Virus record (IMG/VR): IMGVR_UViG_3300021255_000054
From: a virus
Lineage: Duplodnaviria; Caudoviricetes
DNA: 64,000 bases
Strand: one strand, 5' to 3'
Positions 22,601 through 36,268 of the stretch are shown here, in pieces. Each line of letters starts with the position of its first letter. The stretch's first letter is position 1. The notes under the pieces were generated by a model. It was not told the DNA's origin and did not search any database. It saw nothing but the letters and a program-made list of their open reading frames with translations. A program made the position numbers and the translations under genes.

Positions 22601-25600
22601 AGTACAGCAGAAGATATTACAATATTGGCTTCTTCATACCGTGATAGTATTAAAGAAGTTACTTAGTATGATGAAGTAGAAATTCCTTATACTCTTTATT
22701 CTACTGATTCTTCTGTATTAGTAGAATATTATTATGATTATAATCCAGAACAAGAGAATACACCTTTCTCTTCTGCAATATTAACTAATACCAATAGCGG
22801 TATTTTACGTTATAGTGCTAATGAAGCAGGCGATCATACATTAACTATTAAAGCTAATGATGCTATGATTACTATTGGTTTAGATGTAACAGATCTACCA
22901 ATTGACATTGCTCCCGTGGGCGGCGCAATTATTGACTTTAATCCTGCTTTATTAACTAATACTTCAGTTGGGCGTGAGCCTGAATGGGTTGTTAATAAGG
23001 GATTAGCTAATGAAAAAACATATAAATTATCTGTATCTGATAACTTTAACTGGTCCACTAATGCAGAAGATAGTGGTGGTGGCTATCGTGATGATGTTGA
23101 TGGCAAATGTTTTGTCATTCGTGCTGGAGACTATGCTACTTTAAATTATAAAATGTTTACTCAAAACAATGTAGGAACTGGCGGTATTACTAAAACTACT
23201 AGTAAAGTTTTTGATCAGGGCGTAGAAATGAAAATTATTTTTAAAGTTTCTGCTGTTCGTGATGCTAAAGCAGTTTGGCTAACAAATATGGGTAAATATG
23301 TTGCTACAGATGATAAGCAAGTAGGTATTGAACTTAGCGCACATAGCGGTAGATTAATGACTGATAAAGCCACTTCAACTGCAACCAAAGTTACAGAAGA
23401 AGATATTATTGAATAGGGCTATGCATTATGGGAGGCTAATCATACTTATACTCCTGGCGATATTGTAGTAGTTAAAAAGAAAACTATTTATGAATGTATT
23501 ACAGAAACCATTAATTCAGTCTTTGATGATGATGAAGAAAAGAAATGGCGTAAAATTGGTCAGCTTGAAACTGAAGTCAGTGCAACAAATAGTTACCTAT
23601 ATTTCCCTTATTCTGAAGATGATAAGATTGAGTTAGACATTAATATTAATAAGACTGGTAATGGCGAAGACTTTATTATGTCTTATGAAGATGGCGTTCC
23701 TAGCAAAGCATATCCTTATGATTACGCCGCGGGCGGCGATATCTTATATCAAATAATCGGACAGGAATCTGATATTCGTATTGGTTCTCCTGACTGTGAC
23801 GTTTATATTTATCATATTAAAATTTATGACAATGCTCTTCAAACTAATCAAATTTTAAAGAACTTTATTGCAGATGGTAAGGATATTAATGAACGTGTTA
23901 ATAGATATAATCGTAATAGTATCTATTATAATAGTTCTACTGGTGAATTTACTCCATATGCTAGCTCTAGTGCTATATTAGATCCTATTCAGCTTGCAAA
24001 ACAATTACCTGATGTTAAAATATTAATGTTAGAGACTCCTCGTTTTACTACTGGTAAAAAGGACTTTGTACGCGGGACTCTACGTTGTATTCAAGCAAAG
24101 GGCGGGAAAGTTTATCCTGCGACTGATGAAGATAACTGGTTCTTCTTTAATGGCTATCATGCGGGGCAAGGAACTACATCTGATAACTATGGTCAATCTG
24201 CACGTAATGTTGACTTCTTATTTGAATGTGATGGGGTACATTATCCAACTAAGAAAAAGAATTTGACTGACTTTGAAAAGAATTGGCGGTCTGCAGTTAT
24301 TCATGGGAATGAAGGTTCGGTTTATCGTGATTTACGTGACCCAGCAAACCCTGCTGATAATCAAGTTATACGTGGACAATGGGAAGCCGCTTAGGGCGCG
24401 ACTATTGATGAATGTATTTATGATGAAAATCATGGAGGATGGATGGGTGCAGAATGTAAAGTATCATTAACCCATGATGCAGATAGCGGTGAAGATACAT
24501 CAATTCCTAACAATTACTTCAATTTAAAAGTTAATGTTGCTTCTTCTGAGAATGTAAATAACGCTCTATTCCAGAAGAGATATAATGATTTCTTACCATA
24601 TACTTCTCCCGCAAAACAGCGTGATAGTCGTATTAAAAATGGTATGGAATTTGTACCTGCAATTCTATTTATTCGTGAGACTGGTACAGGATCTCATAGT
24701 GAATTTAAGGATAATAACTGGCACTTCTATGCATTAGGAAATATTGGTGACTCTAAAAAGTCAGACTATACTCGTGCGTATGATCCAGAAGATATGAATG
24801 AATTCACTATTGAAATTTCTGATAATAATACCGCAAACTCTCAGTTCCAGTCTGGCGTTTATAAAAATGCTTCAACTAATAATGTTGAAACTATTGAGAC
24901 TAGCGCAACCGAAACTGATCCAATGGATTATGTATATCCAATTAGCTCTGAATAGTGGAATACGAAAGACGAACAGGGACAATATATTAATTATCGTCAT
25001 AAAACACTTTCTACAGAAGATTTTGATGGAGACCATTCATTTGAATTCCGTTATGCTTGCTGTGGTGATTATCGTGATGGCGATTTAATTAATGACACAC
25101 ATGGTGATAGTACAGTACCAAATCCTGATCCCGAAGAAGCAAATGATAAACCATATCTTACTAAAGATGATGTACAGTTTGATTTAAATCGTGGAATATG
25201 GGAAGCATTCTATGAATGGGTTGTCACAGCAGATGAAACACAATTCAGAAATGAAGCTTCTTTATGGATCGTGCCCGAAGCTATGGAATTCTTCTATGCA
25301 TTTACTCATTATTATACAATGATGGATAATCGCGCAAAAAATACATTCTGGCATTTTGCTAAAACTAATGTATGGAAAAAAGTTCCTATTGGACGTGCTG
25401 TTCCTGCATTATTCCATATATATGAAATAGATGATGGTAACGGTGGGCATAGACCAATTGAAGCAACAGAAACTTTTGATAATACAAAACAATATTGGAC
25501 ACAATATGCTTTTGATCTCTGGATATATGATACTGATACAGCTTGTGGTATTGATAACAACGGTGAATTAGTATTTCCATATGGTAAAGAAGACTTAGAT

Positions 25601-28600
25601 TATCGTGAAGCTAATGACCCGAACTCTGGTTGGGCATTTAATGGTTCTGGCTCTATCTTCTGGCGTCGTTTGAGTACTACATTTGCAGATGGAGTTACCA
25701 CAATAATGCGGCAATCTCCAGTCGAATGTTTCAGTGATGCTCAGAATTTAATTAATCAATTTGATAAATTCCAAGAGTGCTATCCAGAAGAGATTTGGCG
25801 CTTAGATATTCAGAGAAAGTATATTCGTACTTTCACTGGTAAGTCCTATGATAATTCTATTACTACTGGTAAACAAAATATTCGTTTCTTGAAAGCAATG
25901 ATGCAAGGACGTAAAAAGTATCAGCGTAGACAATGGGTTCGTGATTAGAGCATTTATTTTGGAAGTAAATATTTCCTTAATAATGTAGGCACGGATACTC
26001 ATACTATTGAATTTAATACTTATACACCTACTGCAGATGGAATTACTTCCCTCGCAGTTCCCGTTGATCGCGAACATGTAGTAGTTATTCCTTATCAAGA
26101 TATGTATATTAACGTTGCAGTAGGTAATAGTACAACCAATATAGCAGATCGTATTATTACTGATCAATATGCTAAGCGCGCGAAAGCGGGCGATCGTGTA
26201 ACTATTGATTGCCGTAGTGGTGGCTCTGCACAAGAAACTCGTGTATATATTTATGGCGCAGAACATATTGCCGCCATAGAAAACTTAGCACCAGCTTATA
26301 CTTATTCTGGCTCATTTGGCTAGGGCGTACGTCTAAAGCGCTTGGACTTAGGTTCAGATAATCCTGATTATAACAATCCAAGATTTACAAGTTTGAGCAT
26401 TAATGCGCGTATGCCAATTCTTGAATCTTTTAGTGTAAAGAATTGTAATATGCTCGGTGGTACTATTAATTTAAGTCAGAGTAATAACTTACGTGTCTTT
26501 GAAGCAGAAGGTAGTGCTATTACTGGTGTTTCATTACCAAATTATACACATATTCAATAGTTACATTTACCTTCTACTGTTACTAATCTTACTTTAACTT
26601 CTGCTCATGACTTATCTGATTTCTATATTCATGATGCTGATGGAGAAGAAAATTATGCCTCTTTAATTAGTTTAAATATTGATGATAGTGATTATTCTAG
26701 TAATATTAACTGGTTAGATGTTGCTAAGAGTGCCTTGAATGGAAGCTTAGATACATTATACTTACGACGCTTATCACATGCAAGTATTAATAATATTACT
26801 GAATTAGAGCCATTTGCAGTTAGAAAGAGATAGACAGAAGTAAATTATGATTCTGAAAACAACTTAATTCAAAAGATTGTATTGACTGGTATTTTAAATG
26901 TTACCGGTAATTGGTCTAATGTTGAAGTTCAACAATATGGTAAGCCTAATGGTATATGGCCTAATCTTGAATTTAATACTGACCCCGCGAATGAAAAAGT
27001 TAAATGTGAAGTTAGATATTATCACAGTGGCTATCTGGGACATGAGACACCAGAATATATTACTAATAGATTTATAGATGTCGAAACCGGAATTATTCCT
27101 GATATTTATCAAGGTATGTCTGGTGATGATCTACCTTCAAGAGAGCCAACTGCAGCAGAAGTATTCAGCTTTGGTTCTTATAATGAAGATGGATATATTC
27201 CATATTCTGGATGGACTACAGGTACTGACTCTAGCGCGCAATCTCTTATGGACTTAGGATATTCAGTAAATAGTCCATATTCTCCAGCTGCGGGTTAGAC
27301 GTTAATTAATCTATATACTTATTATTATGCCGAAGCGCATAAATACACTGTATAGTGGAAAGTAGGAGACAGAGTAGTAAAAGAAATTACCAATCAGGAT
27401 TATGGTGGCGGTTATACTCTAAAAGCACCAACTATTGCGGAAATGCGTAGTGCTGGTATAACAACTACAAAAGTAACACCTAATGCTAATGGTACATATA
27501 CTTATAGCATTCTTACTGGTTGGGAAAAATTACCTACTAATATCGCGCCAATTAATGATACGGAAAAGAATAGCAGTATATGCGTAATTAATGCTGTTTG
27601 GAGTGATGAAGTAACTGCAACCTTAGATGAAATCTTTGCAGATACTACTGAATTAACTCCAGAACAATTGTTAGTCTTCTCTAGAATAAGCGCCAGTACT
27701 TCTTCTATTAGTAGTATCGCGCAATAGCGTAGATTTAATTATCAAATGGGCTACTCTGGAATGAAAGAAGGCACTACATTAGTTGATAAAAATAATGTAA
27801 AGCGTATTAGTTCTAGTACCTTACCAATTAATATTAATAGTACAGTATTACCATTCTCTAAAAATGATGGATTTACATTAGCTATTGACTATCAATTTGG
27901 CGCGCAAGGGAACTCTACATTACCTGAAGTATTAGTAGGGTGCTATGATAGAACTGGAGATAGCGTCACAGGCTTTGCTTTATACCGTGGATTTAATGAC
28001 AATAATGGTGGCACTGGTACATTTGTATGCTATGGTCAAGCGCCATACTCCTATGATTCTACTAAACGTAGAAAGGTTGGTGACGCAGAACATAGAAATA
28101 TAATCGTATTACGTCATGAAAAGAATAGCTCAATCTTACATATATATAGTAGTAAAGCGGCAAATACAAGTTCAAATTTAAATACTACTATTGATGAAGG
28201 ACCAAGCACTATAATTGATATTTCTACTTAGAACTTAAGCGACAACGCACAAATTTGTATTGGTAATTTGCGCGCGGACTTAACAACTAATAGTAATTTT
28301 AGCGATGAATTAAATAATACTCGTGGCTCACAAGGCAGTGTTTATTGGATGAAGTATTGGAATGAAGACTTAGGTGCAGGAGAATGCTTATAGTTAGCAT
28401 CTTGGCCTCATGAAGATATGACTGCTATTATTACTGCTATTACTGGCGCTGCTACTGATTCTACTATGACAAGACCAAAGTTATATTTTACTAATTTAAA
28501 TTGTTCAAGTCATATTACTTTAACTAATAGTACATTAGTAGAAGGAAATGCCAATGAATAGGAAACTAAATCCGGTGGTTGGGCTGATTCTAATACAAAA

Positions 28601-29446
28601 ATCATATGTGATAATCGTATTTGGCAAGGTTTGCCGCCTATTCTATAGGCAATTATTGGTAAACCTACTATTGGTTATTATAATCATGATTTCCGCATCG
28701 TAGGCAGCGAATCAACACATAGTTTAAGTACATTAAAATTTGCAAATAATTCTTATGTATATGCGCCTTCTGTTAGTAGCTTAGATAATAGCTATGCCGG
28801 AACAGATACTAATAATTATGGCTTTGAATCTATTTATGAATTAACTGGTAAAACAGATAGCACGACTTCTGTAATTACTCCTTATGCTTGGCTTAAAGCG
28901 GGCACTAGCATGATTAGTGCTAAAGAATATCAAGGATCAAGTGCAGAAGTTAAATGGCGTGATATATCAAGTCCTAAAGCATATTGGTATAATATTAGAT
29001 TTAATGAAAAACCAGTAACTTGGTCTAATTCTAATAAATTAACTATTTATAAAGTTGATTCTTCTATGATGAACAATTAGACTTTCTATGATATAATTAA
29101 TCAAGGCACGGGTATTAAGACTGGTGATATTATTATTTATACAACTACTAATAGTAGTGGAACTTCTATTGAAGGTGTATATATGTATATTAGCAGTTCT
29201 GAAGCCGCGCAAAAGGGTATTTAGACATTACCGCAAACTAATGTATGGAAGACTGGTCCAGCAAATAGCGTTGATGGCGGTTGGATTAAGAGTACTCCAT
29301 ATGTTACACGTTCTGTTACAACAGGCACTGGTAGATATCCTAACTTTATTTATATTGATCAGGAAGGTGCTATTAATTCTCCTTCTAACTCTAACGATCA
29401 AGCCGGAACAGGCGAATTAAACATTGACTTTGCATTTACAATTTAA
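19697..29446 (+). CDS. giant (~3250 aa) virion-associated protein: coiled coil, LamG-like, CotH-kinase-like, LRR-like and DUF6273-like regions
   Basis: Thirteen track ORFs (20468 to 27746) all in one frame and each ending in TAG; SD AGGAGG; motifs [39 protein letters not shown]; TAA 29444-29446. Confidence 0.85.
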
Positions 29447-29450
29447 TTAA

Positions 29451-29480
29451 TGGAGGGATAGCTTGCTATCCCTCCTTTTT
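29451..29480 (+). terminator. rho-independent terminator
   Basis: GGAGGGATAGC-TT-GCTATCCCTCC followed by TTTTT. Confidence 0.7.
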
Positions 29481-29492
29481 GGAGGATTTAAA

Positions 29493-30251
29493 ATGAAATA
29501 TTATAAAATAGTAGAACAAGATAATATTGTAGGAGTAATTACTTCTAATGATTTTATTAAGTATTCTCCAATTACTGATTGTTATGATGCAACAACAGAT
29601 GTTTATGGAGAATACGCTTCTTATTAGAATACTTTATATAGAAGTAGTTGGATGCAACCAACCAAGACTACAGAAGAATATAAATCAGCTTTAATTATTA
29701 CAATTAGTAAATCTGAATATGATGCGTTTATTGAAGCGTTAAAAGCGCAAGAAGAAATTGAGAATGTAGAAACAGAGGAAGAAGCGCGCGAAAGAGAAAT
29801 AGAAGAGCAGACAAACATAGATCCAATTGATTAGTTATCTATTGAATTTATTCGCTCTTCTAAAATTAGCGCTATGTCCTACGCTTGCCGCAAAGCAATA
29901 GAGCAAGGTTTCGATTTGATATTACGCGGCGAATCTCATCATTTTTCATTAACTACTCAAGATCAATTGAATTTAATGAATATAGATACTACATAGGAAT
30001 TAATTCCTTATCACGCAGATGGAGAATCATATACCTACTATACTGCAGATGAAATAAAGCAAATTATTAACTCCGCAAATGACCATAAAGTATATCATAC
30101 TGCATATTATAATTCTTTAAAAGAATATATCAATACTTTAGAAACAATTGAAGATATCGCGGCGATTACTTATGGAACTCCAATTCCAGATAAATACAAG
30201 TCTGAAGTTTTAAAAGTATTTGAAGAATATACTCAACCCTTCCATAGCTAA
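29493..30251 (+). CDS. putative tail-fibre assembly chaperone (DUF4376-like)
   Basis: HFSLTTQDQLNL...PYHADGE motif; 3 TAG. Confidence 0.7.
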
Positions 30252-30291
30252 ATGCTATGGAAGAGTTGATTTATAAATGGAGGAAAATATT

Positions 30292-30747
30292 ATGGAAAAT
30301 AAATTTTTTGTACATCGTATTTATAGAACAGGAGAAATTTATACTAAAGGTATTGAAGTGCATGACACTGCAGATAATGCTATTCGTTCTTTTCATAGTG
30401 TAATGAAGATGGGTTATAATAATCCTTCTTATCCTGATATAAACTTTATTTCCTGTATGGTTACTAATGAGAACGATGAAATCTTACCAGGGTATAATGA
30501 AACTTGGAGTACAGAAAGTATTAATGATTTTTTTGTTCATTACATTAGACATGATGGCGATACATATACAAAAGGCATAGATGTATGCAATAATTTTGCA
30601 GATGCGCTTCGTTCTTTCCATACATATATGGAATTTGGACATAACAATCCTAAATTCCCAAATATTACTATGGTTTCCAGTAAAGTTACTGGTAATAAGA
30701 ATGCAGTTTATAAGAAGGAATCTTGGGTCACTGAAGTAACAGAATAA
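30292..30747 (+). CDS. two-repeat hypothetical protein
   Basis: FFVHxI...YTKGIxV...AxRSFH...GxNNP occurs twice. Confidence 0.75.
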   Translation: MENKFFVHRIYRTGEIYTKGIEVHDTADNAIRSFHSVMKMGYNNPSYPDINFISCMVTNENDEILPGYNETWSTESINDFFVHYIRHDGDTYTKGIDVCNNFADALRSFHTYMEFGHNNPKFPNITMVSSKVTGNKNAVYKKESWVTEVTE

Positions 30748-30767
30748 GTTTAAATGGAGGCGATATT

Positions 30768-31106
30768 ATGGCGAAGAAAGTTGCGGCGGCCGCATTATAG
30801 TATAGTAAATGGCTAAGCCGCTTTATTTGTTGGGTTTGGGCAATATATCGCTTTACTGTTATTATTTTAGCTACGATATAGCCTTCCGCGGCGGAAGCAT
30901 TAGTATCAACCATAGCGGGCATTGATACTATTATGTTAGTTAATGAAGGCACATATTTAGTTAATAGTCTTGGCGAAAAATGGATTTATAGTGATAAATT
31001 CGTTTTTAAATGGCTAGATAAAGGCGGATTTAAACATTTAATTAATAAAGTTATTAATGAAGAAGTAGAGGAGGTGGAGATAGATGGCGACGATACAAAC
31101 GGCTGA
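30768..31106 (+). CDS. putative holin/membrane protein (2 TAG)
   Basis: Hydrophobic segments; overlaps the endolysin start. Confidence 0.6.
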
Positions 31107-31866
31107 TTTAATTGCTAAGTTTTAGTATGCATTAGATAATAAGTGGGGATATATTTTAAAAACATGGCATACTCTTTGGACTAAGGAACTACAAGATGAA
31201 AAAGTTCGCTTTATGAATAAGAATTATGGCGAAAAATGGATTGATAATGAGAAAGCAAAAGAGAGTAGCAGCTATACTGCCGCGCGTTATGGCGAAAAAT
31301 GGATAGGACACTGGGTAACTGACTGTTCTGGCTTATTCTATTGGGCCTTTAAAGAGCTTGGGGGCTATATGTATCATGGCTCCAATACAATGTGGAATAA
31401 GTATTGCGTTTCTAAAGGCAAGTTAAGTAAGGGAAAAAGAACTGATGGACAAGAACTTAAGCCTGGTACTGCAGTATTCGTTCTAAAGAATGGTGACGAT
31501 CGTTCCCACGTAGGTTTATATATAGGTAATGGCCTCGTCATTGAAGCCTCTGGTACTTAGAGTGGCGTAATTACCACTAAAATTACAAATTCAAAATGGT
31601 GTGAATGGGGAGAATTAAAGGGCGTAAAATATGCATCTACACCAGCTAAAAAGGAGGAGAATAAAGTGAGTGAATTAGTTGTTGGTAGTGCTGTTGTTAA
31701 TGCAGAAAAAGTAGCACTACGTAAAGATCCTTCCACGCAAGCAAGCGTGCTCACACGTGTTAATAAAGGCGAACGTGTATAGGTATTACCTAATACAGAT
31801 GAATGGCTACGTGTATCTTATCAGGGAAGAGTAGGATACATGATGAAGAAATTTTTAACTCAGTAA
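31084..31866 (+). CDS. endolysin: NlpC/P60 peptidase plus SH3b (3 TAG)
   Basis: DCSGL, HVGLY, VIEA catalytic motifs; C-terminal LRxxPST...GERVQV...W.RVSY.G..GY. Confidence 0.88.
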
Positions 31867-31878
31867 GGAGGTAAGCAT

Positions 31879-33780
31879 ATGGATATTATTGATATCTTAC
31901 TAGCTAAGAAAATGACTTCTCAAGGCCAAGTTGATACTTACGCGGCAAAAGCCAAAGCCGCCGCAGAAGATGCTTTGGCCGCGAGAAATGATGCAGATGC
32001 GGCGGTGCAGACTGTTACTGATGCGACAGACACAATTACTGCTACCTAGACAAGAGCAGACGCGGTATTAGATTAGGCTAATAGTACAATTGCAGATCTT
32101 AATGCCGCAATTGAAGCTATGGAAGATTAGGGATTAGATGTAGATGCGGTTGATAATGAAATTAAGAGAGTACAGCTTACTAAAGAATCCGATAATACTT
32201 CTAGCGCAGTAACTACTAATTTAAAATTAAAATATCCTGATAATTCTACCGCTAACATTAGCGCAGTAGATAAGAATTATAAATCTACAGGTACTAACGA
32301 AGATGGCGGTATGACTTAGAAAGCAATTACTGAAGCTCTTGCGGCAAAAGCTAATAGTGCAGATGTAGCTACTAAATCATATGTTGATAGCGCTATCGCC
32401 GCAATTCCAACTACTGGCGGCACTACTGACTTAGGTGGTAATAATGCTGGCAGTATCGTAGTAATTGGTGAAGATGGCAATATTAAACCTGGCGAAGTAT
32501 CTGAAGACGCAATCATTGAGGCCCTAATTAAAGCGGGCACATATGATATTGAGAATGCAATTGGATTAGAAATTGATTATGCTAATTCAGCATTTAAACG
32601 CACATAGGAAGCCGAAGGTAAAACTAAGGGCGCAGACTTCAATGCTTATGTAATGTATAGCGGCAGAATGCGTTGTAATGTATCTGATAATGGCGAAATT
32701 ACTGCTTTCTATGGAGATTCCAACTATAAAGATGATGGTTCTAATGGTCAAGTTATGATTTATCAACCTAAATTCTATTATCAGCGTACTCCAATTAAAA
32801 CTGAAACGACTAGTTTTGGTAAAGCAATTCGCAAAGAAGCACTAATCATTTCTACCAAAAAGCAGACTGGATTTAAATGTCATCCAATCTTTATGGATGG
32901 AGATACAGAATTAGACTATGTATTATTACCAGCATATGAAGCTAGCGTAGATGAAAATAATAAGCTAAGTTCTGTTGCCGGAGTCAAGCCGATATCTTAT
33001 ATCTCCATTGATTAGGCCGAAGCGTACGCACAAGCACGTGGCATAGGTTGGCATATTACTAATCTCGCGGCCGAATCTGCTAATTAGATGTTAGAGATGG
33101 TTGAATTTGGTACTTTAAATTCTTAGGCAGCATTAGAAGCAGGTATTACTAGTATTAGTTCTACTGCAGGTACAAGTTGTGCTTCTTTAACTGGCTCTAC
33201 TGCTAGTTTGGGTAATAGTACAGGTGCGGCTTCCGCTACTACTAATGAAATTAATGGTAACACCGTATCATATAGTTCTGCTGGTACTCGCGCGATTAGC
33301 TATCGTGGTATGGAGAATCCTTGGGGTAATTTATGGAAGTTTATTGGTGGCTTTAATATTGCGCGTAGTGAAAGTACGAATGGCGGCGTACCGCAAGTAT
33401 GTACCAGTCTAGACTATGCCAATGGTACTTATGAACAGTTAGGATTTAAACTACCAACATCTTGGGGTTGGGTTTCTGCTATGGGGCAATGTGATACTAA
33501 ATATGACTGGGTATTCTTACCAATTGAATGTAATGGTACTAGCGCATTACCTGTTGGTGATATTCTATATGTCAATACTTCTGCTATTGGTACTTTAATT
33601 GGTACATTAGGTGGTGCTTGGAGCTTCCAAGAACGTGCGGGCGCATTTGCTTATGCTTGCGACCATTTAAAGACTGATAGTACGCAGTATCAATATGGTG
33701 CGCGTTTAATGTTTAAACCCACTAAGAATGCAGTCTATAACGCAAATGTAAATAAGTGGATACAGAAAGTAGGAGGTTGA
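31879..33780 (+). CDS. tail fibre/receptor-binding protein with C-terminal C-type-lectin (FGE/Mtd-like) fold
   Basis: Track ORFs 32653 and 33208 in frame; YRGMENPWGNLW, GGAW...AGAF...GARL. Confidence 0.8.
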
Positions 33781-33784
33781 TAAT

Positions 33785-34030
33785 ATGGTAGACTATGGTA
33801 AAGTATTAAGTAGGGAGAAGCCATAGGAAGTTACTATTACTGCTTCTTCTGTATTTGTTGCTAGTGATATTCAACCTTTTACAAAAGAGATTGAAGGTTA
33901 TATTGAAGAAGGATATGAATATAATTTAAAAGAGTATAGCACAAGTGAGTATTTACTTCATCAGGATGAAAAGGTGACTTCTTTAGAAGAAGAACTCAAG
34001 GCCGCAAAAATTCTATTAGGAGTTGATTAA
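33785..34030 (+). CDS. small tail-fibre accessory protein
   Basis: Code-15 ORF, 1 TAG. Confidence 0.65.
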
Positions 34031-34032
34031 GT

Positions 34033-34440
34033 ATGACATTAATTGAATTAGCGCAAAAATTGCGTCCCTATATAGAGAAAGCCGCAACTTCATTATCTGA
34101 TGAAGATGCGCTTGAGGCTACTAACTTATTTCCTAATTGGCATCCCAATTAGCCATATAAGAAAGATGAAAGAGTGCGCGATGAGGGCATTTTATATAAA
34201 TGCCTTCAGCCGCATACTTCATAGGATACTTGGGCGCCAAGTGTGGCGCCAAGCCTATGGGCGAAAGTATTGATTCCAGATCCAGATGTTATTCCTGAAT
34301 GGGAGCAACCCGACAGCACTAATCCTTATATGATTGGTGATAGAGTTATGTTTAACGGATTGGTATATGAAAGTGTAATTGATAATAATATCTGGAGCCC
34401 AGCAGCTTATCCCGCTGGATGGAAGCAAGTAAATACTTGA
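34033..34440 (+). CDS. CBM5/12 (chitin-binding type 3)-like protein
   Basis: LYKCLQPHTS(Q)DTWAP..APSLW and YMIGDRV...NIWSP; 2 TAG. Confidence 0.8.
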
Positions 34441-34492
34441 CATCATATTATCCGATATGATATAATAAAAGAAAAAGGGAGGTAATATTACA

Positions 34493-34846
34493 GTGAATAT
34501 TACTCAAATTTTACTTGGTATTATTATTCTAATTGGTGGTCTAATTAGTTTATTTGTAGTACCATATATTAAGACACACGTATCTGCTGAGTAGCTTGCG
34601 ATTTTAGGTGGAATCGCGCAGACAGTTGTATATGCAGCAGAGAAGATTTTTGGCGCGAAAATGGGTAAAGATAAGTTAGCTTACGCTTTAAATCTTGCTC
34701 AGAAATTATTAGCTTCTAAAGGTTTATCCTTTGATGAAGACGTTATTCGCGCGGCAATTGAATCTCAAGTATAGCAATTAAGTATTGAGAAATCAACTGC
34801 TGAAACTCCATTAGTAACATTGACAGCGCCAGCAGCAGAGGGGTAA
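34493..34846 (+). CDS. holin, LL-H family-like (2 TAG)
   Basis: N-terminal TM; VYAAE..FG..G.DK, IRAAIE motifs; upstream TTGACA-18-TATAAT at 34437. Confidence 0.8.
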
Positions 34847-34848
34847 TA

Positions 34849-35028
34849 ATGGAAGAATTTGGATGTCCATATTGTTGGGACGCGCGCAAGCGCAAAGAAA
34901 AAGATATTTTATGGTTCTTTGATGCAGCAAATAATTTAAGAGAGTGTGATTACTGTCCTAAATGCGGCAGAAAGTATGGGGAGGAACCAGTGAATGAATA
35001 GTTGGAATCAGAATTAGAATCAGAATAA
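34849..35028 (+). CDS. small Zn-ribbon protein
   Basis: CPYC...YCPKCG. Confidence 0.6.
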
Positions 35029-35425
35029 TATGATGGTAGGATAGGCACAATTTAATCCTTATAATTCATGGGGTGTATAGCCTCGTATGTTTAACTCACC
35101 ATTACCAACATATCGTGCTGACCCGATTCAAGGAGAAAATGCCGCGTGGCAATTCCCTATGGGGCCCAATAGCGAAATTTATTTGCCAGATAATGATAAG
35201 GATATTATTTGGTGGATTAAGACAGATCAAAATGGTAATCGAATAGTAACACCTTTTGATGTTAAATTACATCAAAAAGAGCAACCAGTTGATACACAAG
35301 ATTTAGCCGCGAGACTCGCCGCTGTGGAGGAATGGATAAATGCCAAGTCTAATAAGTCAAATGCGAAACGGACAAATGCAGCCGCAAATGCCGCCGCAAC
35401 AACAGCTACCGATACAATAGGTTAA
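34994..35425 (+). CDS. Gln/Asn-rich hypothetical protein
   Basis: Extends track ORF 35087 upstream through 3 TAG. Confidence 0.7.
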
Positions 35426-35621
35426 GGGTATGATGCAATAGTTGAAAAATGCATCTAATCCTTAGCAAGTACTTATGTCTATGATTCAAAACAATCCTTA
35501 GTTTGCGCAAATCACGCAAATGATGAAAGGTGCGGGTGGCTTAGAGCCATTAGCAAGACAAATGGCGCAATAGAAAGGAATTAATTTGGATAATTTAATA
35601 TAGGAATTAATTGGAGGATAA
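35340..35621 (+). CDS. Gln/Met-rich small protein (NPQQ motif; 6 TAG)
   Basis: Manual translation; SD GGAGG. Confidence 0.75.
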
Positions 35622-35625
35622 TAAT

Positions 35626-35913
35626 ATGAATACAATTATCTTTAATGATACTGTTAGTCTCGGTGTCAATAGTTTTAATAAGTCTGCAAATTTTATGGGC
35701 GATGAAGTAAATTAGAGTGGTTATGCTAATGTTAATACCGATTCTACCGATGCACTATATGAATTAGCAGAAACTGGTATTTCCAGCATTAAAATTTTAC
35801 ACGATGAGACTCAGATTTATGAAAGTACTAATTTAGTAGGTCATGTAACAAGTATTTCTGAATATCTTAATGGCGATAGAATGTCAATTGACATCAATTT
35901 TTCATTTGAATAA
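35626..35913 (+). CDS. hypothetical protein
   Basis: Code-15 ORF, 1 TAG; terminator follows at 35921-35948. Confidence 0.65.
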
Positions 35914-35966
35914 TTAAATTAGAGGAAGCGCGAGCTTCCTCTTTTTTTATTTATGGAGGTTTTATT

Positions 35967-36164
35967 ATGGCTAATATTATGACTAAGAAAGGCGCGTTAG
36001 ATAATGTTGTAACTTATGAACATATATGCGATACTGCCGCGGATATGGCAAATATTGATAGTAATTATATTACTTTAGGTTCAGTATGTATTGTATTAAA
36101 TGGCGATGGCGGCTCTTTAGAAGCATATATGGCAGATAGCCAGAAGCAGTGGCATCTCCTATAA
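35967..36164 (+). CDS. small hypothetical protein
   Basis: SD GGAGG. Confidence 0.7.
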   Translation: MANIMTKKGALDNVVTYEHICDTAADMANIDSNYITLGSVCIVLNGDGGSLEAYMADSQKQWHLL

Positions 36165-36268
36165 GAAAAATTTAAGCCCGTGAAAAAAATACATTGATTT
36201 CTTCTTATTCATATTACTAAATTATTAGAGGGCTTGGCCCTAAAATGAAATATAAGGAGGAATGGACC

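Noticed and set aside
31879-33780. Diversity-generating retroelement target
   Set aside because: The C-type-lectin-like C-terminus fits, but no reverse transcriptase or template repeat was seen in this window.
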